A stretch of 62,684 bases of DNA, counting the filler, from Rhabdomonas costata (Eukaryota): NCBI GenBank assembly GCA_019059605.1. It is 43 parts of 43 records of this genome, joined end to end, with 100 filler letters (N's around TTAATTAATTAA, not from the genome) between each part and the next. Parts side by side here need not be neighbours in the genome. Positions count along the whole stretch, not along the records: positions 49,649 to 51,009 come from JAHMHO010018265.1; positions 51,110 to 52,468 come from JAHMHO010018266.1; positions 52,569 to 53,929 come from JAHMHO010018267.1; positions 54,030 to 55,388 come from JAHMHO010018268.1; positions 55,489 to 56,847 come from JAHMHO010018269.1; positions 56,948 to 58,307 come from JAHMHO010018270.1; positions 58,408 to 59,766 come from JAHMHO010018271.1; positions 59,867 to 61,225 come from JAHMHO010018272.1; 35 more parts are not named here. One strand, written 5' to 3'. The notes beneath the pieces were generated by a model. The model was not told the DNA's origin, ran no database searches, and saw only the letters and a list, made by a program, of their open reading frames with translations. Of the stretch, positions 49,666 through 61,816 are shown in pieces; position 1 is the stretch's first letter; the number at the start of each line of letters is the position of its first letter. Both the position numbers and the translations under genes were made by a program.

Positions 49666-50889
49666 CTGGGATGGGGAAAGTCTCCACCCCGGCCACGTTG
49701 ACCAGTTGGGCAAACGACAGGCCCAGGCTCACGGCCCCATTCAGGGGGAGGTAGCCCAGGGTGTAGGGCTGGCTGGCAACCTGAGAAGGGTTTCCGAGGA
49801 ATGACAGCTCATCACATAAACACTGGAAGCATTCCCCCACAAGAGTTCAAAAAGAGTTCAAACGTGCCCGTTAAAAAAAAGAATAGAAAAGAAATGAGCA
49901 ATTGCATGTTCTTCTGCACTATGTGTGGTGGAGATAACAGGTACCGCCCAAGTAGCGGCCTTGCGGCACGGCCTGCAGATGTTTCCCCCACTCAAGGGGC
50001 TTATTATGGAAACACCTTCTCTTCTTCGGCAAGGCAGAGGCAATATGACTTGGAACTCTACAGGCTCTGCATTCTCCTACCTATCGGAGAGCCTTCCGAG
50101 CATGATTGCATTGAACTTTGAACAAACTTTTTTTGTCTCACGTGTACATTTTAAGGGTTTTCGAAACTCGGCGATTCTCCGGCTATCCACACACGCCGGA
50201 GTGTAACCGGAGTATATGTTTCGCTAGCTTTGAACACTCTGCCCGAAAGCTCCGATGTAAGGGTTTAGTGCACAAACAAAACGCAAACGTTTCCGATATA
50301 CCACGGCTGCCATTGCATGGTCGCTGGAGCACCCCACCAGCTGTGCCGCGGAGCCGTTGAAGCCCGCACTGCTGGTAAACACCCCGAAGCGGTAGTCCCA
50401 GACCGGACTGAAAATAGCCAGAGCGGAAGTCAGGATCTGAGTGGAACCAGCTTCTCCCTGCAAATGGAAGAGAAGGCCAGCGACCAGAGAGGAAGAGCCG
50501 AGCAGGAAGGGAAATGTGCGAACCTCATTCACACAACACCCTGAGTCCAGGCATCTCATTCCAGCTTCTCGATCCCGTTGCTTACCAGTATAGACGCGAA
50601 CCGTGCCAAACCGTCCTGGAGGGAAGGCGATGCGCATCATTTCTGTGTTTGTATATCTCATCGTTCTCTTTGGAGTTTCATGACGGCATTTATTCCGTTA
50701 GCTCTTGGGCTTTTTTCTCAGGTTAAGGGAAACGATGCCAAGCGAAAGCCTTGAAAGCAGACACTTGTGTGTGGCGTTTCAAGAACACCCAGGTAACCTG
50801 TCTGTACAGCACACTGATCGAAGCGTTCGGTAGCACCGCGCCAGGGTTGGCGGCCAGAATGGCACCGCTGTTCCAGCGGGGGACCGCAC
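49666..50889 (-). CDS. PstS-like (type 2 periplasmic-binding fold) domain split over 3-4 exons
   Basis: Exons 50889-50798, 50457-~50333, possible microexon 49972-49945, and 49780-49666: RWNSGAILAANPGAVLPNASISVLYRQ-GEAGSTQILTSALAIFSPVW...VASQPYTLGYL...AQLVNVAG...P. Confidence 0.85.
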
Positions 50890-51812
50890 CTACGGGGGGG
50901 GGGGGTGAAGCGCTCGGATCATAGCGTCTGCACCGAAGCAGTAATCTACTCCCGTTTTATTGAAGATTAGCTTGGTTACTTGAATTTGTTGCATTGGACC
51001 AGGTTGCTTNNNNNNNNNNNNNNNNNNNNNNNNNNNNNNNNNNNNNNNNNNNNTTAATTAATTAANNNNNNNNNNNNNNNNNNNNNNNNNNNNNNNNNNN
51101 NNNNNNNNNTGTTGTTTTTGTTGATGCGAGTGAGAGTGGGGTTTGTACGAAGCTGGCTCAGCTCACTTTGGTGCATCCCTGATGCCTCTATTTGGCATAG
51201 ATGCTGCACCGAGTGTGTCGTTTTGGGGGATGTGTGTGCTTAAGCTCGGCTGCCGTAGGCTGATGGGCTCGTTCTATATCTTTTTGCGCTGTCTCTGTTT
51301 TGCCGCGTGCTTTTTTCCTTCTCATTTTACCCCAGCCGATATGTCTGAAGCACCTGCTTGCGCTCAAACAACAAGCCTGCCGGTGAATGTGAGGGAATGT
51401 ACTGCAGAAGGTTATTGTTGTAGACACCAAGATGCGATGCATGTGCCTTTGGTACTCCTTTGAACAGTAGGCGCCCATGAGGTTGTATACCTTTGCTTTT
51501 CGAGTTTCTCGCTTACCTGCCGCCCTAGGTCACAGTATGACTGATTATCGTGGTGGTGGTGGCATCGTGGTCTTTTAGCAATTCAAGACGTTGTCAGGCA
51601 CTTCCCTTGTTTTGATGTGACTCTGTGTTAACCCCCCACGGGAAGCGATACCCTTCCTGCACTTGTTCCATTGGTTTGGTCACGCATTTTTACAGTTATC
51701 GCTCTCTTGTTTTTTATAGAAAAATGAATGTTCTTGAATTCGTGGGGGCTCATCTTTTCTCCAACGCTTGAGCGCAACGTTTTCTCCATCTTCTACTCTC
51801 CCAGACTAGCAG

Positions 51813-52468
51813 ATGGCAAAGAGTATTCCCACGGAAAAGCTGAAGGCCCACGCGGGACATTTCACTTGCCCCAAGTGGGCCGATCTTCCTCCGGAAGGGA
51901 CCGTGTTGGAGGTTGTGAAGGATGGCAAGCCCCTTGAAACCCTGCTCATCGACGACTGCCCGTACTTCCTGCTTGGCCGCGGCTCCGACGCAGACTTTGT
52001 GCTGAGCCACGAGACGTTGTCCCGGATTCATCTGGCTGTAGTTCACCACCGCAACGGCAGCTGCTTTGTGATTTCCCTCTCCGCGGTCGCCAATGCGACC
52101 CGGTTGAATGACAAGCCTGTACAGTACAACTTTCCTACCAAGCTGCAAGACGGCGACATTCTACAGCTCGCCGAGAGCAGTCGGAGTTACGTCCTAAAAC
52201 GCAACGAACCCTCCTCATCTGGAGTCAAGACCATTTGGAGCTCCTTTTCAAAGGCCGAAAGCAAGGCCGAGAACCAGGCTACGTTGCAAACATTGCGGAA
52301 AGCTCTTGCGGACTACGACGAGGATGAAAAGAATATTGACGGGTCTGGCTCAAAGTCGAAAATGGATGGTAGAAAGAATGCTGTGCGTCCCTCCACAGAC
52401 TCTCGAAGTCACGTAGAATCGTCTGTGACCGTCAATGATGAGAACCAATCTTGTGTATCAAAAAACAA
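51813..52468 (+). CDS. NIPP1/PPP1R8-like FHA-domain protein, N-terminal part
   Basis: FTCPKWADLPPEG..LEVVKDGK..E.L.ID...YFLLGR...DF.L.H...SR.H matches the NIPP1-type FHA domain; no intron over 656 nt. Confidence 0.85.
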
Positions 52469-53154
52469 NNNNNNNNNNNNNNNNNNNNNNNNNNNNNNNN
52501 NNNNNNNNNNNNTTAATTAATTAANNNNNNNNNNNNNNNNNNNNNNNNNNNNNNNNNNNNNNNNNNNNTGTTTTTGGTCCGTGCTCGGTGCTTGGTGCTT
52601 GGTGTTGAGTGCCTGTGCTTGACATGCGGGTACAGAATGACATGCAAGGTCGGAGCTTGGCTTCAGCTTCACGCTTTTGCAGCGGTCATCGAAGCGTGGC
52701 TCGCGCCTGTAGTAAACAAAAGGTGTCCTATTCCTAACAAACTAAAGCCCGGTCAGCGGGGGCGTCGTCGAACTCGTCGTAGCGGAAGCGCTTCATTCTC
52801 CGTATCCTTCGGAGAGAATACTGGTTCGGGCCACACCTCCCAAGGGGGGCCTCCGTCGCCAGCGAGAGAGTGTAAGTGAGGTGAAAGGGGTGAACTCTGG
52901 GTTGAGCAGCTGGATGATCTGATGTCTTACTGGAGTGACTGGCGTTTCGACCCTAGCGGAGTGGTTGGGTCATCATCAGCAAGGCACCATCTCCGCCTGC
53001 CTTGGACGCTCTTCGTCGGGTTCTTTGGGACTGTGGGGTGGAGGTCGTCTTATTGTGGGATGCTTCGCATCTGAAATCGGAGGATGGGTTGGGCTCTGGA
53101 TGTGCGCGGTACTGTGTGACGGGATGGTGGATGCAGGGGGGGTTATGTGCGAGA

Positions 53155-53157
<3 letters not shown>

Positions 53158-53187
<30 letters not shown>
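53158..53187. repeat. (GA)n microsatellite
   Basis: Seen directly in the sequence. Confidence 0.95.
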
Positions 53188-53189
<2 letters not shown>

Positions 53190-53529
53190 GCACTGCTCCG
53201 CCCGAGGCCACACTGGGAACCTCCAGCACTTGCCGAGAGTCTCATATTCTGAACGCAGAGAGTTAGGCAAAAACAACAAGCAATGAATTAATTAAAAATA
53301 GATATAATTTGTTTATGTACAAAAGTTTATTTACATTACCGAGTGTAATCATTTTTCATTTCTCATTTCTCACCCATACCGCCTCTTTGTGCGGCCAAGT
53401 GGGGGTCGAACGCCTTAGGGCGACCTTATACTTTGTTCTGTTATTTGCACACCAATTATGGCGGTCTCTGAAGGGGCCCGCCATTCGGCCTGGTCCTGCG
53501 CAGCGCTGCACCCTCTGGCAGGGCAGGAG

Positions 53530-53929
53530 TTTCTTCCGTGCTCATTCTCCAGTTCGAGTCCGTGCGCGGCGCCCAGAATCAGAGGTGGAAAACGCAGGTG
53601 CCTCAAGCTCGCAGGGGAGTGGGAGAGCACAACGTCATGTGTGCCCTTTCCCCAATTGTCGACTTGACTATTGCAGTCTGCAAGGGCTTTGCAGTCACGT
53701 CGAGCTGGCTCACGTTCCCCTCTCGGCAGCCCCCCAAGAAGCGCTGGATTCACTGCATCGATGGACTTATTGCAACCACCTCATCCCGTTGGGCAAACCC
53801 TGCCGTGAGTACCTGGACCAGGCAGGTCCCCGACAGAAGCGACCCTACGCACCCGATTCCGGGGGCCCTGCGGTTAAGGCGCGAGGAATCGAAGAAGAAG
53901 AGGAGCAAAGGGAGCAGGCACAACCACAC
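53530..53929 (+). mobile_element. C2H2 zinc-finger ORF fragment resembling the N-terminus of CRE/SLACS-clade non-LTR retrotransposons
   Basis: CPFPNCRLDYCSLQGLCSHVELAH followed by P.EAL....RW..C.......C. Confidence 0.4.
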
Positions 53930-56293
53930 NNNNNNNNNNNNNNNNNNNNNNNNNNNNNNNNNNNNNNNNNNNNTTAATTAATTAANNNNNNNNNNNNNNN
54001 NNNNNNNNNNNNNNNNNNNNNNNNNNNNNTTTTCTCCTCGCCAAGATTACGATTGCTGCCGATTGCAAATGAGTTTCGGAGACCCCAGTGAAGGCGACCT
54101 GGGAAGAATAACTACGATGACTGCGGTGACTACGGTGAAGCTAATGCCCATAGTAACACCACGGCCCAATTGAACTCAACGTCCTCGACTCAGGTTCCCG
54201 CTTCAGACGCATAGTTGGGCGGGAGTGTCGTACAAATTCGATCCAATTTGTCGATCTGTCGATTCGTCGAACTAAGGTCAGTAACAACCTGTCCTGTGAT
54301 CTGTTGGAGAAACGGAACACGGAAAACACTACTTTTGTTCAAAAACATCATTTCGAGGACAGCAAGAGCTCAGTTCCCATCCATCTCTCGGTGTTCAGGT
54401 AGGCGACCGGGTTGGCCTTTGGGCCCAGAGTCCAACCCCAACCGGAGCACGGAGCACGGAGCTCCTCTCAGCCCAGTCGGAGGCTGAGGCACCCACTATC
54501 CCCATTTTTTTGGGGCGGGGGGATTCCAACAGAGCTGCTCCCAGGACAGCGCCCTATATGGTGGTTTTCAAGAGCGATTGTGGCGGCCCGGATGCGGAGG
54601 AAGGCGTGTACTGCGCGGGCGAACCTTTGAATCTACCAAACAAACGGAGGCAGGTACTCCTCGGAGGCGTGTACGTGCAACCGTGCAGCGACTAACCCCA
54701 AGGAAGGCGCGGCCTGCCCCGCTCACAGAACCTAGGTGTGTACTGTGACGGCTCGGAACCGTACAAGACTAAAGGCGGTTCACAACCGCTCGGCCCACGC
54801 AGACTGCCTACCATATCCACCCCTGAGGGCGAGCACTCCGCCAACCTAACCAGTGGAGACTTCCCCCAGGTCAGCCTATGGTGGGCCGCTCATTTTCCAC
54901 CTCCGCCACCTGGAGGCTCCCGCATCCGACTTCGGATTAAGGTGACGAACCGCAATTATAGTCGTCACTATGGCTCAATTTCCGGAATTAAGCCCCTTAG
55001 ATCCATCTCGCGTTGAAGTCACTATGGTCCGAACCCAGTTGTGGCGATGACTTGAAGAGGGGGAGCGAGGAAAACGGGTTGGCCGCCTTCACTTCTCGCC
55101 GGTTTGTATTAAAGATGAAGCACACCAGAAAAAGTATCAGCAGATCTTGGAAACATACTATGTGACCCCAATACTCTACACATCCTCTCCTGCAACGGAA
55201 GAAATCGATCTGCCGGAGCAGAAAAATACCACCCTGCACTCTACCTAGACAAGGGTCCCGCGCTGGTGCTGCGGACAACCGTAGCTCTGCCCTGTAAGGG
55301 GAAAGAGCAGAGGGACAACGGAGGGGCACAGAGGCTGCAGTGCAGGCGCAGGGGAAGACTTCCACAAGTTCATTTCAAGCTTTGAAATNNNNNNNNNNNN
55401 NNNNNNNNNNNNNNNNNNNNNNNNNNNNNNNNTTAATTAATTAANNNNNNNNNNNNNNNNNNNNNNNNNNNNNNNNNNNNNNNNNNNNTTTTGTTTTGCA
55501 GGGAGACTCCTAGTGAGTACTTGGCTTTGGCTTTGTTTTCCTCATCTCCGATTGGAGGAGGGCTCAGGGCTTGACATGTTTCTGCCTCCCCTTTTTGTTT
55601 CAACCGTGGAGTGAATTCTTAGCTCCAATCTGTGGAATAGCGTGGGCGCCTAATAGTGATAGGCCTTCGGAGACTGGCTCACCCCAAGATCGCTGTATTG
55701 AATAGCAGGCCGACTCGCAGTGGAGATACCCAGAACCAGGGATGAAGACTTCGAGTTCGTTGCGACTGCGGTGCTGGGTGTTGTCTCTGCAGCTCACCTC
55801 CAAATAGGTCCTTGAGTCGCTTGTGTTTTCCAAGCGTTGAGCATTTTGTCTTGACGGCTTGTGTCTGCTCGGCGCCTCCACTCCCCCGCATTCATACACG
55901 GACGCCCCATGGTGCTAGTCTTCGAAAGGTGGGGTTGGGCTGTGGGCAATTTTCTTGGCGGGTCTCGTAGTGTGCAAAATTGCGTGTGGTGGGGTGTGCC
56001 GTGAGCTGTTGATTTCCGGTGACGGCTGATCTGAGTTTTGGGACAGCACGCTAATCTGTATGTTTGATTAAATACCGCATGGCTTGTATTGCGGAAGATG
56101 TGAGCTTATTTGTGTTACAGGAATGTTTAGCCTGTCTTTCCCGCCTCAACATTTCCCTCCTCCAAACAGAGATACAGGCAAAGATACATGAGAGTATGTT
56201 GAGTTGGATTTTCTATTATTCTGAAGGTTCTGATGATCTGAACGTTTCATGCGTGCTCGTACGATTCTGTTTTCTTTTATTTTTCGAGCGAAG

Positions 56294-56838
56294 GTCCCGT
56301 TTATCCACAAGAAGGTGAAGGTCGCAGCAGACAGGCTCCTGGGACCCTTGCGATGCCCCGAGGATATTGCCCGGGTTTCTGCCAGAGAGCAGATCGCACG
56401 CCGTGCTGCCTTGGAAGTTTCAAGTGTGTTGATCACCGACCATTGTTCTGACTAGAGTGGTTGTTTTGGGGGTTATTGAGTGAGCCCCATAATTCTTTCA
56501 ATATGCTGACCTCTGCGCCAGCGTATTTGTTTCGGTCGCCTTAGTTGTTGTAACATCGCCATTTTGTATTTTGAATTCCAACCACAACCTTCGCTTCCTT
56601 TGGACTTCTCCGGAGCGCAGCCTGAATGGGTCACTGCCTCACCTCCGTCTTTCCTCCTGCATTTCAGATGGGCAGGTCATCAATCTTGGCATCGGAATTC
56701 CCACTCTGCTGCCCAATTTCATCCCTCACGGCCTTGGGGTCACCGTTCACTCCGAGAATGGGCTGCTTGGGGTAGGCCCTTACCCGGAGTCCGAGGACAA
56801 GTGCGACCCCGACTTGTGCAATGCTGGCAACGAGACCA
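56294..56838 (+). CDS. SCOT-family CoA transferase (succinyl-CoA:3-ketoacid or acetate:succinate CoA transferase), 2 exons
   Basis: Exons 56294-56423 and 56668-~56838: [27 protein letters not shown]...[13 protein letters not shown]...[11 protein letters not shown]; catalytic Glu of SENG intact. Confidence 0.92.
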
Positions 56839-57784
56839 ACCCAAACCNNNNNNNNNNNNNNNNNNNNNNNNNNNNNNNNNNNNNNNNNNNNTTAATTAAT
56901 TAANNNNNNNNNNNNNNNNNNNNNNNNNNNNNNNNNNNNNNNNNNNNTTGTTGGCGCTCCTTTTTCCTACCTTTTTTCCCCTGGCCACCCACCGCTGATT
57001 CGCGATATTCTTCCGTCCACAGCTCACGACTTTCATACAAGAAAAAATGCCCGCTAAAAGCGGAAAAACGGTAAGAGAAGGTAGAAAAAAGGTAGGAAAA
57101 AGGAGCGCCGAGACCGCAATAACAACAACAGAACGCGAAGTGGGCCCGCTGACTGCTCAATTTTCTCCCCGCTGTTAAGTTTTTTCGGCGGTGCGCCTGC
57201 GAGCATGAGGCTAGGAAAAGTGAAAAAAGGGTCCGTCGCACTGGGCGCAGGGCCTGGTTTGCTGATACTTACTTGCTGATTCGTTGAAATTTTCGTTGAG
57301 CAGCGAATAAGTGCACCAAAAGAATGGCGCACAAAACTTTTGAGACAAATCGCGCCGCGCGGGAGCAGAAGCACAAAAGGGCCGAATCTAAGAGGCTTCT
57401 AGGAGAGACGCGCGGGCAGACGAAGCAAAATACGGGAATTGAAAGTGGAAGATGATTGTGCAAAAAAAATGAGAAGCAAAGGTGCCTGAAAAAATGGGAA
57501 ATATGTACAACTATTCATTGGACTTAGTTTTCGTGTCAAACCCGGTTGTTTTGTGGTGATGGGAGTTTTGGTCTAGCAAAAGGGGGTTTCCAATTAGTTT
57601 TGGTCTATTGCGGTAGCAAATTTCAAAGCAACCCGGTAGGGTCAAGTGACCAAAACGTACGTGGGGGAAAAGGGGTACCCAAGGAAACCAAAAGCAGGAA
57701 GAAAAGCACGAAAAAGGCAACGGGTGTTTTGCAGGGAAACGACCGATTAGCCAGAACGGTCATTTGGCCAAAAAGGGAATTTTG

Positions 57785-58306
57785 TTAGGGGGTAAATGTG
57801 GGCAAAAGTATCTGTTGTGGTTGTGCACGCCGGGAGTTATTTTCACAATCCAACGATATTGCGGGAATCACCTGTGGATGGGGTCGCGGCTTTCTCAAAT
57901 ACTCCCGGGCCTTATCCATTGCCTCTGTCAGGGTCCGTGGATTCTTCTCCATCACTTTGGCCTGGATGTCCCCTTCCAAACCTCTTACAAACAGATGCTG
58001 CAAAAGAGTTTCGTTGTCAAACTTCGTCCCCTTCAACAGATTCAACCCGGTCACAAACTGCTGATAGTAAAATTGGAAATTCCCCTCCGACATCTTCAAT
58101 TGCTCCAACTTCCACACTACGTTGTAGTCCCAGGTCTGTGCACACAGCCGCCGCTTCAACGTTTTTACAAACTCTTTCCAGTCTGTAAAGCCTTGACCTG
58201 GCGCAACAATTCCTCTGGAATGTGCCCCCAGGGATTTCCCGGCGATGTCCGCAATGCGCCGAGCGCCTCTAGAACTGTGGAAGCTGGCGCTCCTTCTCCA
58301 CACCAC
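57785..58306 (-). mobile_element. Ty3/Gypsy-type retrotransposon Gag capsid fragment
   Basis: W.EF...LK.........L.QLK......Y...F.........F.RGL...I...V....P.TL.EA...A pattern of Retrotrans_gag. Confidence 0.8.
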
Positions 58307-58753
58307 CNNNNNNNNNNNNNNNNNNNNNNNNNNNNNNNNNNNNNNNNNNNNTTAATTAATTAANNNNNNNNNNNNNNNNNNNNNNNNNNNNNNNNNNNNN
58401 NNNNNNNAAGCCCACCTCTACAAAAAGCATAAAATTACACTCTGCCATCCCAGCAAGAAGGTGAATTGGTATTCGAAATGTCAGATAGGAGCTGATTTCA
58501 CGAGTATCAAACCAAACATTAGCAATCACTCTCGTCAGGTTTGGCCGCTGTCTCCTTTTGAATCTGCATTTCTTGATTTTGAACATCGCTGTTTGGTTTG
58601 GTTTTGGGGGCCACTTGTTTGTAGAACGGGATGAAAAAGTGATGGCTTCGGGCAAAAAAGAAAACAAAAATGCGAGCAAAAACATAAAACATGAAAAAAT
58701 GAGAGCAAAAAGACATTCAAAAATAAGAGCAAAAAATGCTGCAGAGTTTCAAC

Positions 58754-59430
58754 CTGGGAGCTGCTGGTGACATTGCAAAGGTGGATGTAATTTGACCACG
58801 AGGAGTAGATCAGAAAGTTCTGGTCTGGGGAGAAATCCACGTCGACTATGCTCCACCCAACGTCCTTGGCGCTGATGACCTTGAATGGCGTGGCAGAGCG
58901 GTGTCTCCCTCGAACATGCCTGCAGGAAGAAAGCTCTCCTTTCTTCTGACGGTATTGCGGAAACCCAACCGAAGGGCTGAAGCCTGGGGCTTGCCGTCTC
59001 ACCTATCTGTCTCTTGGTTTGTTTGGAGTCACACTGACCCCTCATGAGAAAGACCAGGGAACCTTTTGCATCAGTGTTCTTTCAAAGTCCTTTCCAAGCA
59101 AAAACTTGACTGCGCAAGTCGGCAAGCACACTCAGAGTTTCTGAAACGCCCCACCTTTTCTTCATGCGCTTCTTATAAAAAAAGAACGCTTTTTCAGCCT
59201 GCGCATTGATGCTGTACCGCAAACGAAGTCTGTCCTTGGCCGCAAGAGTCGACACGATCGCTTCAGTGGTATACAGGCGGAGCATGCGGTCTTGACAAGC
59301 GGAGACAAACACAGCCCCATCAGCGGTGAACCGCCCCACAAAGGCCTTGGTCCCGTCGAATTCCGCGATGGTTCCCGCGGTGTGGTTGGGAAGGAACACC
59401 GAGCCCGCCGAAGAGCAGTTCACACAAGCA
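58754..59430 (-). CDS. DCAF11: DCAF11/WDR23 (LEC14B-like) WD40 protein, 2 exons
   Basis: Exons ~59430-59218 and 58919-58754: FLPN...KAFVGRFTADGAVFVSACQDRMLRLY...AKDVGWSIVDVDFSPDQNFLIYSSWSNYIHLCNV. Confidence 0.9.
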
Positions 59431-60286
59431 CTGTGTGCACCCAGGAAACTCTACGAAAAACGTTTGAAAAGGGTTATGAACCCGAGACGGCGCTATTGAA
59501 TTCGAAGAGTGCAGCCAAAACGCCACCAAATCAAAATGTTGCAACCTAATTCATCTGCACCTTCTAATTGCAAAAATTATTTGACACACACGTAAAATGG
59601 CAAACGACAAAAATTTTGCCCACAGAAACCCCCCACATTTCATTTTTGGATGGACGTTTACGCCTGCCTTTTCTTCTATTTATAGTACCTGCTTTTTGGC
59701 TTTTTCTTCGTCTGCTCTTGGTATCTCTCCATTACACCGTGATGAACTATTGGAAACCCAACAAACNNNNNNNNNNNNNNNNNNNNNNNNNNNNNNNNNN
59801 NNNNNNNNNNTTAATTAATTAANNNNNNNNNNNNNNNNNNNNNNNNNNNNNNNNNNNNNNNNNNNNACAAAATCCCGAGATACGGTGGCCGAAGAAAGAA
59901 TGCCCCGATGGGGTGTGTGTTCGATTATTGAGCTTGAGAGCATCTAACCAATGCCACAATTACCCAAATCACGACATCTCAAATAGCAGAGCAGAAAAAG
60001 GCATTGCGCTGACACCCGGTCAAGCTAACTCAGTGCACAGCCCGAATGTTCCACACAACAGGTAAATATACAGTGGAGCTCGAGGAGAACGAAAGCGAAG
60101 CCTCCATTGAAGTTCATCGCAAAAGAAAGTTGGACACTCGAACCGTGCGCAACAAACAGAAAGCAACCAGTTTATTGCTACAGCAACCACGTTCCGAAAA
60201 GAGAGGAAGAAAAAGCTTTCAACACGAAGCAGAGCAGCTTCGTCGGAAGCGTAGGTAGGAGAGGTAAGAATGGTATCAAAAAGAAA

Positions 60287-60573
60287 CTACCGCCCCACCT
60301 TCATCCGAACTTGGCTCTTGTGCAGGCCGTTGCGGCGCCGCACGTACTCCACCACTGCAGTGCTCAGCGGCTTCAGCCGATCGCAGATGCACACCAAGGC
60401 CTCCACCGAGCTCACCTCCAGCCCCTCCACTCGCACGATCTCGTCGTCGGGTAGCAGGCCCGCGAGCTCCGCGGAGCCCCCCTTGTGTATATCTGTAATA
60501 ATCACGTGGGCCTTCTTGGTGTCGTCCTTCCAGGCCGCAACGTCGACTCCCAGCGAAGGAACGCAGGCAAGCC
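60287..60573 (-). CDS. PDZ domain, probable terminal exon
   Basis: PSLGVDV...VIITDIHKGGSAELAGLLPDDEIVRVEG.EV...R; acag acceptor at 60574 and stop at 60287. Confidence 0.8.
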
Positions 60574-61816
60574 CTGTTTAACGGAGCGCAGAACTAAAGT
60601 AACGTCGGTATCGTAGTGTGTGCACGCTCCTCTTTGTGTGTGGGGGTCTTGAGAGCCAATATCATATACCAGAAAGACCAAATTCGAAAATTTTTTCACA
60701 TTCAAATTCTTTGAAAAAGGTGTTCCCCCCAGAAACCCTCATTCCGCTTTCCGCTGAACCCTGTCAAAAAGTTATCGGACGGCACCTCCTCGAGTCTTGG
60801 ACATGTGGATGGCTGGTGGGTGCTCAGCAATGGAGAGAGACAGAGAGGGAGAGCTGTTGTTGAGCTACTAAAAACCGCCGCAACACTGTCCAGCCATGCT
60901 CACCACGCTTCTCCATGTAGGTTAACGCTGTAGGTTAACGTGTTTTGACATTTTTCAGGCGTGTTCCCGACCCTCGGGAATCAAGAATTCTGAAATCTTG
61001 AACAATTTCTGGAACTAAGGGAAACCACTACAAAACAAGCTGAAAGCTTCTGGAACGACCTGTCTGTGGCCATTTAGAAAAAGCAGTTAAGTAGCGGTGT
61101 CAGGTTGCAGGAGGGTTCATGGCGATTCAGTTTTTTTTTTTTTTTTTGCTAATTTCCGCTCATTTCGGAATACATTCGATATTTCAGAATCTAGGACCCC
61201 GAGGAGCGGAAATTACCAAAAAAACNNNNNNNNNNNNNNNNNNNNNNNNNNNNNNNNNNNNNNNNNNNNTTAATTAATTAANNNNNNNNNNNNNNNNNNN
61301 NNNNNNNNNNNNNNNNNNNNNNNNNGGGGTTTTGTGATCTTCAGGGGTTCAGAGGTAGCTTGGTAGGGTTCGGTGCTGATCAAGGTGAACGAGAGAAATC
61401 ATGATGAGCATTTTATTGTCTTTATTAGCGGTTCAATGCATTTGGGAGTAGGGGCGTGAAACAATTTAGCAAGAGGTGGATCCCTTAGCCTAGTTTTGTA
61501 CCTCCTGTCCCATATAATAACGTTAAACAGGTTAACGCCTGTCCCTCAAACCTTAACACCCCTCCCTTGATTGGTTGTGGTAACTGTGATTGCCTGATTA
61601 TCACCAGTCATGGACTCAGATCCCCTTTCCAGCACTCCGTCGCTCACAGCGTCTGATTTTCGTATTTGCACCCCAAGATGTTTGCGTCGCGATTGCTCGG
61701 GATCGATTATGGCCAGTGCCACGGCACATTTAGGTTTTGTTACCCGAATCCCGCATTGGCATCCTGGCAAAGGCAGACTTGTGCCTGCTGTTGCGAATTT
61801 CTGTCCTCTGTGTTAG

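Noticed and set aside
54550-55365. AP-endonuclease-like words (GVYVQP, GDF, IDF, SDH)
   Set aside because: They fall on opposite strands with wrong spacing, so they are probably chance
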